Assembly (NCBI GenBank): GCA_964016885.1
Contig: OZ024760.1
Location: 14,446,001 to 14,510,000 of the forward strand
DNA: 64,000 nt
Direction of reading: 5' to 3'
From: Eledone cirrhosa
Taxonomy: Eukaryota
Made by a program: the position numbers and the translations under genes. Below are positions 30,604 through 42,800 of this stretch, piece after piece (within the stretch, counting starts at the first letter, position 1; every line of letters begins with the position of its first letter). The notes under the pieces are model-generated. The model worked only from the letters and a program-made list of their open reading frames with translations. It ran no database searches and was not told the origin of the DNA.

Positions 30604-31056
30604 CACGTATACCAGGTCCGAACACAGAGGAGCCGAACTCCCACTGTCATCGCCTGCGTCTCTCTCGCCCTCCACATCTCTCACGTACACCAGGTCCGAA
30701 CACAGAGGAGCCGAACTCCCACTGTCATCGCCTGCGTCTCTCTCGCCCTCCACATCTCTCACGTATACCAGGCCCGAACAGAGAGGAGCCGAACTCCCAC
30801 TGTCATCGCCTGCGTCTCTCTCGCCCTCCACATCTCTCACGTATACCAGGCCCGAACACAGAGGAGCCGAACTCCCACTGTCATCGCCTGCGTCTCTCTC
30901 GCCCTCCACATCTCTCACGTATACCAGGTCCGAACAGAGAGGAGCCGAACTCCCACTGTCATCGCCTGCGTCTCTCTCGCCCTCCACATCTCTCACGTAT
31001 ACCAGGTCCGAACACAGAGGAGCCGAACTCCCACTGTCATCGCCTGCGTCTCTCTC
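30604..31056. repeat. GC-rich minisatellite, 78-bp unit, ~6 copies
   Basis: GTATACCAGGTCCGAACACAGAGGAGCCGAACTCCCACTGTCATCGCCTGCGTCTCTCTCGCCCTCCACATCTCTCAC at 78-nt spacing. Confidence 0.92.
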
Positions 31057-33061
31057 ACCCGCTCTATCTCTCATTATTATGAGCAAATGGGGTCCTACGC
31101 GTTGGCTGTCCCACGGCCCCGGCGGACAGAATAGAAAAAATAGAGAAGGAGTTTCCCCGGAGGACGGTGAGGGAGATGCACTGGAAGACCCATTCCAGCT
31201 CGCGAGGCTCACATCGACCTGCGGCTAGCCAGCTCAGCGCCTATGGTGGTGAGTAGGGAGGTAGCCCTAGAGCTAAGGACATCATAAGTCTCCCCTCCTT
31301 CTCCTCAACCTCCTACTTCTCTATCGCCTTTTATTTTCCTTTATTTCTCTTTACCTTCCCTCGCCTCCTCGGCATTTTTTCTTTCTTCTCTTTCCTCGTA
31401 ATAGATATAAACATAAGACATCCGTGTCACGATCTTAAGTATGACGTAGGGTGTTGTTTAAAAGTACACTACGACTCGTCAGTCTTTCTTGTTAAATAAT
31501 AAGATATAAATGGGAGAGGTAAGAGAAAGAAAAAGTAAGACAAATGGAAAGAATTTTAAAAGGTAGAGAAAAGAAAAGGAGAAAGCAATGGGAAATAGCG
31601 TGGTGGGTGAGGGAGAAATGGTGACACACAAGAGAGAGAGAGAGAGGGGGGGAGAGGGAGAGAGAGAGAGATGGTGGAGTAAAAAATAAAAGGTGTGAAT
31701 GACAGGACAAAGAGACGAAGAGAAACAGGAAGGAGAGACAAAGCGAGAGAGAGAGAGAGAGTGAGATAGGCAGAGAGAGGGAGGGAGAAGTAGAGAGAGA
31801 GAGAGAGATAGGGAGAGAGAGACGGACAGAGAGAGAGAGAGATAGGGAGAGAGAGACGGACAGAGAGAGAGAGAAAAACAGGAAGAGGGAGGGACAAAGC
31901 GAGAGAGAGATAGAGAGTGAGATAGGCAAAGAGACGGACACAGAGAGAGAAGGAGAGACAAAGCGAGAGACAGAGAGAGAGAGAGCGAGAGTGAGATAGG
32001 CAGAGAGACGGACAGAGAGAGAGAGACAGATAGAGAGAGCGAGAGTGAGATAGGCAGAGAGCCGGAGAGAGAGAGAGAGAGAGAGGGAGAAGTAGAGTGA
32101 GGTGTTGTTGGTTTACAGCCGACATCACTCGTCCTTCTCTTGACATCGTAAAAAGGGTTTTGAAAACACAACTACAGCAGGCATTAGATAAAAAAAAGCA
32201 AGGGAAACGTACACATTTAAACACATATATATCGATACACACATTCATTACCATCACCACCACCACTGCCATAATCATCATCATCATCATTTATTCGTCT
32301 AGGTGTGTCCAGTAAAAAGTACAAAACAACAAGAAAAGTTTCTTTGAGAAAACTTAAAGAAAAGTGAGTCAAATTCCTTTTATTTCGAGGCAAATAAATG
32401 CCAAAGAAACCAAGCATCTTTTCCCTGCTCCTCAAAAAGAACCAAAATCACCATCTTTAAAGGACCAAAAAGCTACCTCTATTAAAAGGACCAGCTGTTT
32501 TAAACTGTGACCTACCAAATAATATCATTCCTTTCTTTGCCCCCCCCCCCCCCCACCCTCCACTGTTGCACTGATCAAATGATGAAACCACCTAGAGGAC
32601 ACCTGTAAAATGTATTAAGTTGAAGTCCAAGACATTCTAAAAGGACCAGACGATATACCAAAGCACACCTGGACAGCTAAACGGATATATATATATATCA
32701 TCATCATCATCATTACCGTTTTACGTCTGTTCTTATGACAGACTGAATGAGTTTGGAGACCAGAACCCAACGAAACTTAAATAGCTGCTTATGTCACTGT
32801 TGTAATTATTTATACTAAACTCGTGGATTAGGCTTGGATATTTCTACCAAACTTTTACTTCAGTATATATAATTTTATTTATATATATGTATGTGTATCC
32901 CAGGTTCAATCAGGGGTAACCACAGTAAGTAAGGTACTCAATACATAGTAGAGTATATAATGTTTAATATATAATATATATATATATACACACACACACG
33001 CACGCACACATATATATATATATATATATATATAGTTATGTAATAACCAACATAAGATAAT

Positions 33062-33104
<43 letters not shown>

Positions 33105-33316
33105 TTAAATCAACCATTATTATTTTTGTCTTGACATTTTTCTTCTTTCTTTTATTTTTTACCATATAAAGAAAGAAAAAAATTATAAATCAATGACAAA
33201 CAAGCAAACAAACCTCTGCCCAGTTATGTATTATATATTTATTACATTTGTTTGCCTGACTAGTTTAAATAAACTATAGCTTAACTCTCTTTTAACATTA
33301 TTGGCAACTGGTTTCA

Positions 33317-33657
33317 ATGGAACCTGTTGTTAACCAAGACACCTGCTGTTCACCAATGAAGAACTCTGAGAAAAATTATGTTGCGGGTCAATATTCAGAG
33401 AATGGCAACTATGATATATGCACCATCAGTGGTAATACTAATAATACTAACAATAATATCACTGTTACTGATAATTATAAGGAGCCCATTAGCAGTGCGC
33501 CCCACAAAGACGAAGGTGATGATGGTGGTGGTGGTGGTGGTGGTGGTGGTGAAACTACCAAATTTAGTTACTGTTGCAACTGTGCAGTCAAATGTCATGC
33601 GTTCCTCACCAAAATGCGGCTACGCATGCTAGATGGTATAGAAGGGACTTTCTACAG
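33317..33657 (+). CDS. Patched-like gene coding exon 1
   Basis: ATG 33317 ...[10 protein letters not shown](R)|gtgagt; phase 2 joins LGCFAGKNP before TM1. Confidence 0.8.
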
Positions 33658-35071
33658 GTGAGTACACTAATTATTTTTGCTGGGTTCTTCTTTAACCCTT
33701 TACCATTTACATTACTATCCAACCCACACTGTAAAGTGGTTGTATAGGAGACATGACAAAAAACACCCAGCACACACTGTAAAGTGGTCGTATAGGAGAC
33801 ATGACAAAAAACACCCAGCACACACTGTAAAGTGGTCGTATAGGAGACATGACAAAAAGCACCCAGCGCACACTGTAAAGTGGTCGTATAGGAGACATGA
33901 CAAAAAACACCCAGCACACACTGTAAAGTGGTCGTATAGGAGACATGACAAAAAGCACAGAGCACACACTGTAAAGTTGTCGTGTAGGAGACATGACAAA
34001 AAACACCCAGCACACACTGTAAAGTGGTCGTATAGGAGACATGACAAAAAGCACCCAGCATATACTGTAAAGTGGTCGTATAGGAGACATGACAAAAAGC
34101 ACCCAGCGCACACTGTAAAGTGGTCGTATAGGAGACATGACAAAAAACACCCAGCACACACTGTAAAGTGGTCGTATAGGAGACATGACAAAAAACACCC
34201 AGCACACACTGTAAAGTGGTCGCATAGGAGACATGACAAAAAGCACCCAGCACACACTGTAAAGTGGTCGTATAGGAGACATGACAAAAAGCACCCAGCA
34301 CACACTGTAAAGTGGTCGTATAGGAGACATGACAAAAAGCACAGAGCACACACTGTAAAGTTGTCGTATAGGTGACATGACAAAAAGCACCCAGCACACA
34401 CTGTAAATGTGGTTGGTGTTAGGAAGGGCTTCCAGCCGTAGAAAACCAGCCAGAAACAGTCCTATATAAACGAGACTCAGTCACCCAACCCATCTTGCCT
34501 CTAAATGGGACAAACCAGTCTAACCATTGCTAGCATGGAAGATAGACGTTAAACGATGATGATGATGACGATTACTCTATACTTACAATTGTATTTTCAT
34601 GGTAAAGGCTTTATAACATATTTCTCATAACCCCCATTAGACAATAAAGTCTTAAACACATCTTTCTTATAACCCCACCAATATTTAAAAAGGACATTAG
34701 ACATATGTATGTATGTGTGTGTGTATGTATGTGCGTGTGTATGTATGTATGTGTGCATGTATGTATGTGTGTGTGTATGTGAGCATGTGTGTATGTATGT
34801 ATGTGTGTATGTATGTATGCATGCATGTATGTGTGTGCGCGTGTATGTATGTACGTATGTATGTATGTATGTATGTGTGCATGTATGTATGTATGTGTGT
34901 GTGTATGTGTGTATGCATGCATGCATGCATGCATGTATGTGTGTGTGCGTGTATGTATGTACGTATGTATGTATGTATGTATGTATGTGTGCATGTATGT
35001 ATGTATGTATGCATGTATGTGTGTGTGCGTGTATGTACGTACGTATGTATGTGTGTATGTATGTATGTATG

Positions 35072-35103
<32 letters not shown>

Positions 35104-36123
35104 TGTATGTATGTATGTATGTATGTATGCATGCATGCATGCATGTATGTGTGTGTGTATGTATGTATGTATGTATGTATGTATGTATGTATGTATGTAT
35201 GTGTGCATGGTAACATGTATCCCAGTACAACCTGTCCCATGGTCGGGTCGTTGGCGACTAAACTGGCAACCCCACCAAGGTTTCTTGGTGAGGAGGGTGA
35301 CTTTGGACATCCTGCAGGACTAAAAACAAGACCTGTCAAAGGGCAAAGGAGCTCTTAAGAGTCAATGGCCATCCAAAATCACCGGGAGAGATGACCCCTT
35401 AGCCTTTGTCAAGGCAGAATTCTAGGAGAAGGAAAACTCTGATATAACACCTGCAACCCTGATGGTATCCAATGATGTTGACTTGTTCTTCTTTTTGGTA
35501 AATATCATCTTGGTTAAGAGAGTGGGACTGGCTTTGTGCAGTGCCTTTGCTCACTATAAAAGCTTCACGGCACAGGCATTGCTTTATATCTGGAGATCTC
35601 TCTGCACTTGTCGTCACAGGGTACCATGGCCCCAGCACTATGTGTCAATATTTGTCACAAGTGTAGTGTTTGTACCAGAGTTTTCAAGTCGCTGGCTGGA
35701 CTAAAAGGTCACACTCGTTCAGTGCATCGGTAGGGGTTCTCCTATATGGATATAAAGTAGTGGCCGTACTCGAAAACGAGTTGGCAGCCACCATGTGTGC
35801 ATGTATGTGTGTATGTATGTATGTATGCATGCATGCATGTATGTGTGTGTGTATGTATGTATGTGTGTGTGTGTTAGAAAGAGTCAGGGCCTAACGGCTG
35901 AGCTCTTGCTATTTCAACAGCTAATACCAGACTCTGGAACATAATTTATTTTTAGATTACAGGTATTATAGGTGTATCGTATATATATATACAGTATATG
36001 TGTGTGTGTGTGTATGCGTGTGTGTCCCGGGTTCAATCAGGGGTAACCACAGTAAGTAAGGTACTCAATACATAGCAGAGTATAAATATTTAATATAGAA
36101 ATGGCTTCTATAGGATTAGAACT

Positions 36124-36178
<55 letters not shown>

Positions 36179-36512
36179 CGGTTTCTACTATTGGCACAAG
36201 GCCAGCAATTATCCCAGTACATTACTGATACTTTATTTTATCGACCCCGTAAGGATGAAAGGCAAAGTTAACCTCGGCGGGATTTGAACTCAGAATGGCA
36301 AGGGCCGTAACTCTGTGCGTCAAAGCATGGCGTCCGACCCTCTACCGATACTGCCAGTATCAGCATCGTTTTTACATCTGCTTTTCCATGTTTGCATAGG
36401 TGTGAATGGATATATATATAAAATCTTATCTTACACAATTACACCTGTCAAAGGCAATGATGCAGGACCGTGTCTTCTGGCGCTATGCAGTTTTATGGAA
36501 TATAAATATCTT

Positions 36513-36610
<98 letters not shown>

Positions 36611-37205
36611 GGAGGTGAGTTTTATTGTAGTACAATAAAGCAATGCAAATATCGCATAAATAGCACTCAACAGTTTGTAGGACTGGAGTATAAATAATAT
36701 AAGATGATTTATAAATAATATATGTTGATTTAAAACTTCACTATTCACAAATGTTTTTTTAACCTTCGTATCATGTATCTCTATTATATCTGATGAAAAC
36801 GCAGATATCATCTCATGATGATATTTGTTTTTGAAATGCGCATAATGAAATACTTGGAACTCTTTTAACCATCTTTTGATCTTATATTATATATATATAT
36901 ATATGTATATATATATAGGAAAAGAGTCAGGACCCTGAGAGCTGATCTCCTCCGCGAGCTTCAGGTATCTGAGGTCTGCTCTGCCCATGTTTTTCGTGGT
37001 CTTCCTCTACTGCATCTTGCTTCTGATGGAATTTCTTGGCACTTCTTCACTCAGCGGTCATCCTCCATGCGCATCACATGTCCATACCATCGCAGTCTTC
37101 CCTCTTATACACAGTTTCTCACTCAACTCATCTATACTTATAATCCTTATCGAGCCCTTTTTGGATTTTAGTCTTCACATTCATTATTATTACTATATAT
37201 ATATC

Positions 37206-37238
<33 letters not shown>

Positions 37239-37909
37239 ATGAAAAATTGAACAGGGACAGAACAGAGAGGCAGTACGACAAATGTTTATTAAATTCACGC
37301 TCAGGAGAGTGGGGGGTAGGTGATATATATATATATAGGAAAAGATTCAGGACCCCGACAGCTGAGCTGCGGCCATTTCGACAGCTAGATCTGAACTATT
37401 ACCCACTCTACTACCCTAATATCGAATACTCTGGTGCGTTATGGTCCACCTGGTTCCTTACCACACTTCCTTATATATATATGTAGCAGACATAAATAAA
37501 AAAAAAACAATGATGATTATTTTGTTTTTATTCTATTTTTCAATTTATTTTAGACTCGGTTGTTTTGCTGGCAAAAATCCACATGTGTTTATAATTACTG
37601 GATTTTTGATTTCGCTGTTATCCATCGGCATGTTGCTTCGAGTGGAAAGTGACAAACAGGACGATTGGATCCCGTTGTCACAGAAAATATATAACCAACA
37701 ATACAGATGGGGAAAGTTATGGATGGAAAAACAACAAACTATGAAAGATAGACTCATGACAGATAAAGTGATCGCCATTTGTGTAGATGATGAAATATTA
37801 ACACCTGAAGGGCTGCTAAAGGTAAAAATAGATGATATGGCCTGCTCTGCTGACAGAATGTCTGGACTGGTCTGGTCTGGTTCATTGTTTTGTTGTGGAT
37901 ATTGTTGTT

Positions 37910-38004
<95 letters not shown>

Positions 38005-38228
38005 CATCATCATCATCATTTTACGTCCGCTTTTCCCTGCTTGCAAGGGCTGGACGGGTCCTATTCAGCACAGCATCTCTCCACTTGTCACGGTCCTTCG
38101 TCATCTCCTCCGTGAGTTTCAGCGATCTGAGGTTTGCTCTCACCACCTCCGCCCATGTTTTTCATGGTCTACCTCTACTGGGACTTCCTGGCACTTCTTC
38201 ACCCATCGGTCATCCTCCATGCATACAT

Positions 38229-38299
<71 letters not shown>

Positions 38300-39717
38300 C
38301 GGAATGTAGAAAAGGGACACACGAGTTGATATATATAAACAAATAGTAAAAAGGAAAAAATACAGTAGAAAATATATGCTATTTTCTAAAATATACAGTG
38401 ACTGATTGGCCTGATTTGCATATTAGCAGACTGGCTGATCAGTCAGATCTGCATATTAGCAGATCCACTGATCAGCCAGATTTGCATATCAGCAGACTGG
38501 CCAGTCAGTTTCCTGTATACGATGCAGATCTGACTGATCAGCCAGTCTGCTAATATGCAAATCAGGCTGATCAGTCACTGTATATTTTAGAAAATAGCAT
38601 ATATTTTCACTAGCTCAGACAGTTGGCAGGTGAACAGTGAGCTGTACTGATGAAGGGTAATACCCAGAAACATTAGTGTCTGCAGTTCTGTTTATATGCC
38701 AACACAAGATCAAGAATGAAGAGTTCATTCTACTGACATGGCTATGAAAATGAGGCTTGTTTGAATAATTGCAAACGAATCGAATGTTATTATTGGATTG
38801 GCAGTATCGGTAGAGAGTCAGACGCCATGCTTTCCAGCACAGTTACGTCCCTTTACGGTCTGAGTTCAAATCCCGCCAAGGTTAACTTTGCCTTTCATCC
38901 TTACGGGGTCGATAAAATAAAGTTCCAGTAATGCACTGGGTAATTGTTGGCCTTGTGCCAAAAGTAGAAACAATTATTAATATTCGAAAAACTCAGATTA
39001 CATTTATTGTATTCAGCCATGTAGAGCGAAAATTTTCTTTTTTTTATTTGAATTTGGCAAAGCCGGCCATTTATTGCTCGTATACAGGAAACTGACTGGC
39101 CAGATTACATTATATATATATATATATATATATAAAGAAATACACAGATACATGCGAACACATGTCGGCAAACCTCACAAAAATAATGTATCTCTGTGAT
39201 GTAGTGTTTTTGCATAATATGCCACGAAACTACGTAGTTGAGGAGTAATGAAGGAATTTGGGTACGGTATATCTTATTAATTATATCTAATGTTTCTTCT
39301 TTCTTTATAATGTATATATATATATATATATTAATTTTATCGATCTTAGTATATTATTACTAGTACCTATTTATCGACTCCGGAAGGATGAAAGTCAACT
39401 CTGGTATATTTTGAACTAAATAACACAATGTTTTGTCCAACCTTCGTTTGATTAGTATATCAACATATCTATAGCCTTAACATTCGATATAATGAGGGGA
39501 AAGGGAGGGATAAAACGAAATTTACGAGGAGGTTTTTTTTTTGGGGGGGGGGGGTCATGTTGCTAATAAGAAACACACACACCAGTTGGTTTCACTTCAA
39601 TTTATTATAAATTAAATTTATAAATTTAGGAATTTAGGCTGCAGTACCACCGTGGAAACACTTGTAAGCACACGGAATAAATTACCTTTTTATGATGTCT
39701 ACCTGTTATTATTCATT

Positions 39718-39807
<90 letters not shown>

Positions 39808-42800
39808 CTATATGTATATCTATATGTATATAGATATACATATAGTATCCAACCTCCTATGGGTACAAACTGAAGCAATATGCCCCCACACCCTCCCACT
39901 GCAAGGTGGTCGTGGAGGTGCCACGGCAAAAAAGCACCCAGCCCACACTGTAAAGTGGACGTGTAGGCACTCAGTGGTGCCTACAAAAGCACCCAGCACT
40001 CACTGTAAATGAGGTTGGTGTTAGGAAGTGCATCCAGCTGTAGAAATCAACCCAAAATCAGTTCCTGTATGAGCAAGGCATGGTCAGCCGACCAGACACT
40101 GCCCAGAAGAGGACAACCCGTCTAACCCATGTTAGCATGGAAGAACGGACATAAAACAGTGATGATGATGATGATGATATATTCTCTCTCCCACTCTTAC
40201 ATATACACACTCTCACTCTCCCCCTTTCAGATGTATGAACTCCATGAAATAGTCCTTTCTATAAATGTTACGGGGATGAATATAAAGAATTACTGTAAAT
40301 GGTAAGTTGTTGTTGGTGTCATTCTTGCAGTTGTTGTTATTGTTGTTTTGGTAGTGATGGTCATTGTGGTTGTGTGTTGTTATGATTGTGGTTGTGGTTA
40401 TTATTGTTGTTGTTATGATTATTTGTGTAGTAGTAATGTTTGTTTTTGTTGGGGCTGTTAGTAATGTTTGTTTTTGTTGGGGCTGTTATTGGTGTAGTAG
40501 TGATTGTTGTTGCTGTTGTGACCTAGTAGATCAGAAAACAAGATCGATAAAATAAGTACCATTCTTTTTAAAAAATGCACTGTGATTGAAATGATGAACT
40601 GAAATCTTAAAGCAGTAGTTCAGCATGACTAAAGTCTAAAGACTGAAACCAATAATGGTAGTGCTCCAGGATGACCATAACCTAATGACTGAAACTAATA
40701 AAGTAATAAGAAAATATACATCCATATAATACAGCATATTTCCAATGAAATATGCTGTATTTCAATTAATTAGTGAAGAATTTTGAGGGATTTACAAAAG
40801 TTATTAATTATTTCATTACTAAGATAGTAACTTAACCCTTTAGCATTTAAACCAGCCATATCCAGCCAGAATTCTCTCACCTCTTTCTGTTCAAACTGGC
40901 CATAACCAGCCACTCAAACAGATGTTAAGGTATTTTTCTCAAAATAAATAATATCAAAATCTCATAGATTCGATACTATGTGAGATAAAGCCTTTACCAT
41001 GAAAATACAATAATATATATATATAATGTAAATGTTAAAGGGTTAACATATGGTTCTTATAAAATATTATGCTGGGTTATCTAAATTCAAATATGAACCC
41101 TTTTAATTTAAATTCGGAACCCATATTAATGGGTGTTTTTTTTTTCATAGAACTAGAGTTAGTTTTGGTCATGTTGATATCAAAACGGTTAATGTGTGTG
41201 AGCAGGTGTATGTGTGTATAAAACCTATAGGATTATTCCCATTTTAATAGGAATATTTGCCGACTTGACTCATTGCTTAAATTGTGGGAATACGACGAAA
41301 GAAAGATCAAGAACTTAACACATGACCAGATATTACAAGATGTGGATAACTACACCAAGTTTCACAGGTGAGTGGAAAAGTCTCCTATTTCACTTTTTTC
41401 CAGTACACTTAGTAAAGCGGTTAGTACTAGAAAGGGCATCCAGGTGAAGAAACTATGCCAAACAAAGAGTTGAGAAGACCTTTCAGCTGTCTCAAGAGCA
41501 TGATAACTTCTCTAGTGTGGGTGCCACAATAAAATGCAATAAGCACACTCGGTAAAGTGGTGGTATATATGTAGACAAGGCATGTACCTTTGGCATTTGT
41601 TAGTTCAGTACATGTTCATAATCTCTTATCCAAAAACCTTGGGATGAGACACTTTTCGGATTTCTGAATGGAAGATTTTTAGCATAGATTTTAAAGTTTT
41701 TTAAGTCTACAAAGTAAAAAATTCAGCAAAAAATAAACAAAATTTCCATGTGCAGCAGAAGTGACATGTGTGTGACTTGTAGGAGCACTGAGACATAACT
41801 GTATCACCTGGGTTGACTGTGGGCTGTTTCAGGTCAAGTTTGGTGTCAAATGCAAGCTTTGTTGTGCAGACAACGTCCTGGAAAAAATGTTTGGTTTTCA
41901 GAGCTTTTCAGTTTTGGGAATTTTGGATAAAAGATTGTGAACCTGTAGTATCAATTAAGTTCTTCTTCATATTTTTAATGAATGACACTATCTATGATTT
42001 ACAAATAATGGTGAATATATTCAAGAATTTCGATGTTCTTAATATTATATCTTACTCATTATTAAGCTGGTGTTTGAAACATAACTTAACCCTTTAGCAT
42101 TTAAACCGGCCGTATCTGGCCTGAATTGCCTCACCTCTTTCTGTTCAAACCGGCCGCAACTGGTCACTCATACTCATGCTATGAGATTTTGATATTATTT
42201 ATTTTGAGAACAATACCTTAACATCAGTATGAGTGGCTGGTTACAACCAGTTTGAACAGAAAGAGGTGATGGAATTCTGGCCGGATATGGCCAGTTTAAA
42301 TGCTGAAGGGTTAAATTTGAAAGTAATATAGAATTTGGAAAGATTTTGTGAAAAAGCATTATTATATTATTAGTGGTGGTGGATTGGCAGTATCGGTAGA
42401 TGGTCGGACGCCATGATTTGCAGCATAGGGTTACGGCCCTTTATGGAGTTCAAATCCTGCCGAGGTTAACTTTGCCTTTCATCCTTACGGGATCGATAAA
42501 ATACCAGTAACGTACTGTGATAATTGCTGGCCTTGTGCCAAAAGTAGAAACAATTATATTATTAGTGATTTTGTATGGTAATAAGAGAGAATGTTGCCTG
42601 GTATTGTCACGTATCTCACCATGACTCCCTGTCCAAAACTACAGGGTGGTCTAAAGGTCTTGTCACCCGCTACCAAAAAGAAAATTATACTATTATTATT
42701 ATATATTATATTTAATGATATATATTATATTATTAAAAGAAAATAATAGGCACAAGGCCAGTAATTTTGGGGAGGGGAAAGTCGATTAAATCGACCCCAG

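Noticed and set aside
30460-31212. 250-aa ORF with 26-aa repeats as a real protein
   Set aside because: The unit length is a multiple of 3, there is no splice or homology support, and the homologous copy at 52.5 kb does not keep the frame.
33606-34401. Long repeat ORFs and a possible CRISPR-like array
   Set aside because: Plain 48-bp tandem repeat with no unique spacers, inside a eukaryotic SINE; no cas genes.
35200-35792. GC-richer unique-looking block between (TATG)n tracts; possible exon or HDV-like ribozyme
   Set aside because: No phase-compatible exon, recognisable protein motif or nested pseudoknot could be built; probably a decayed retroelement piece.
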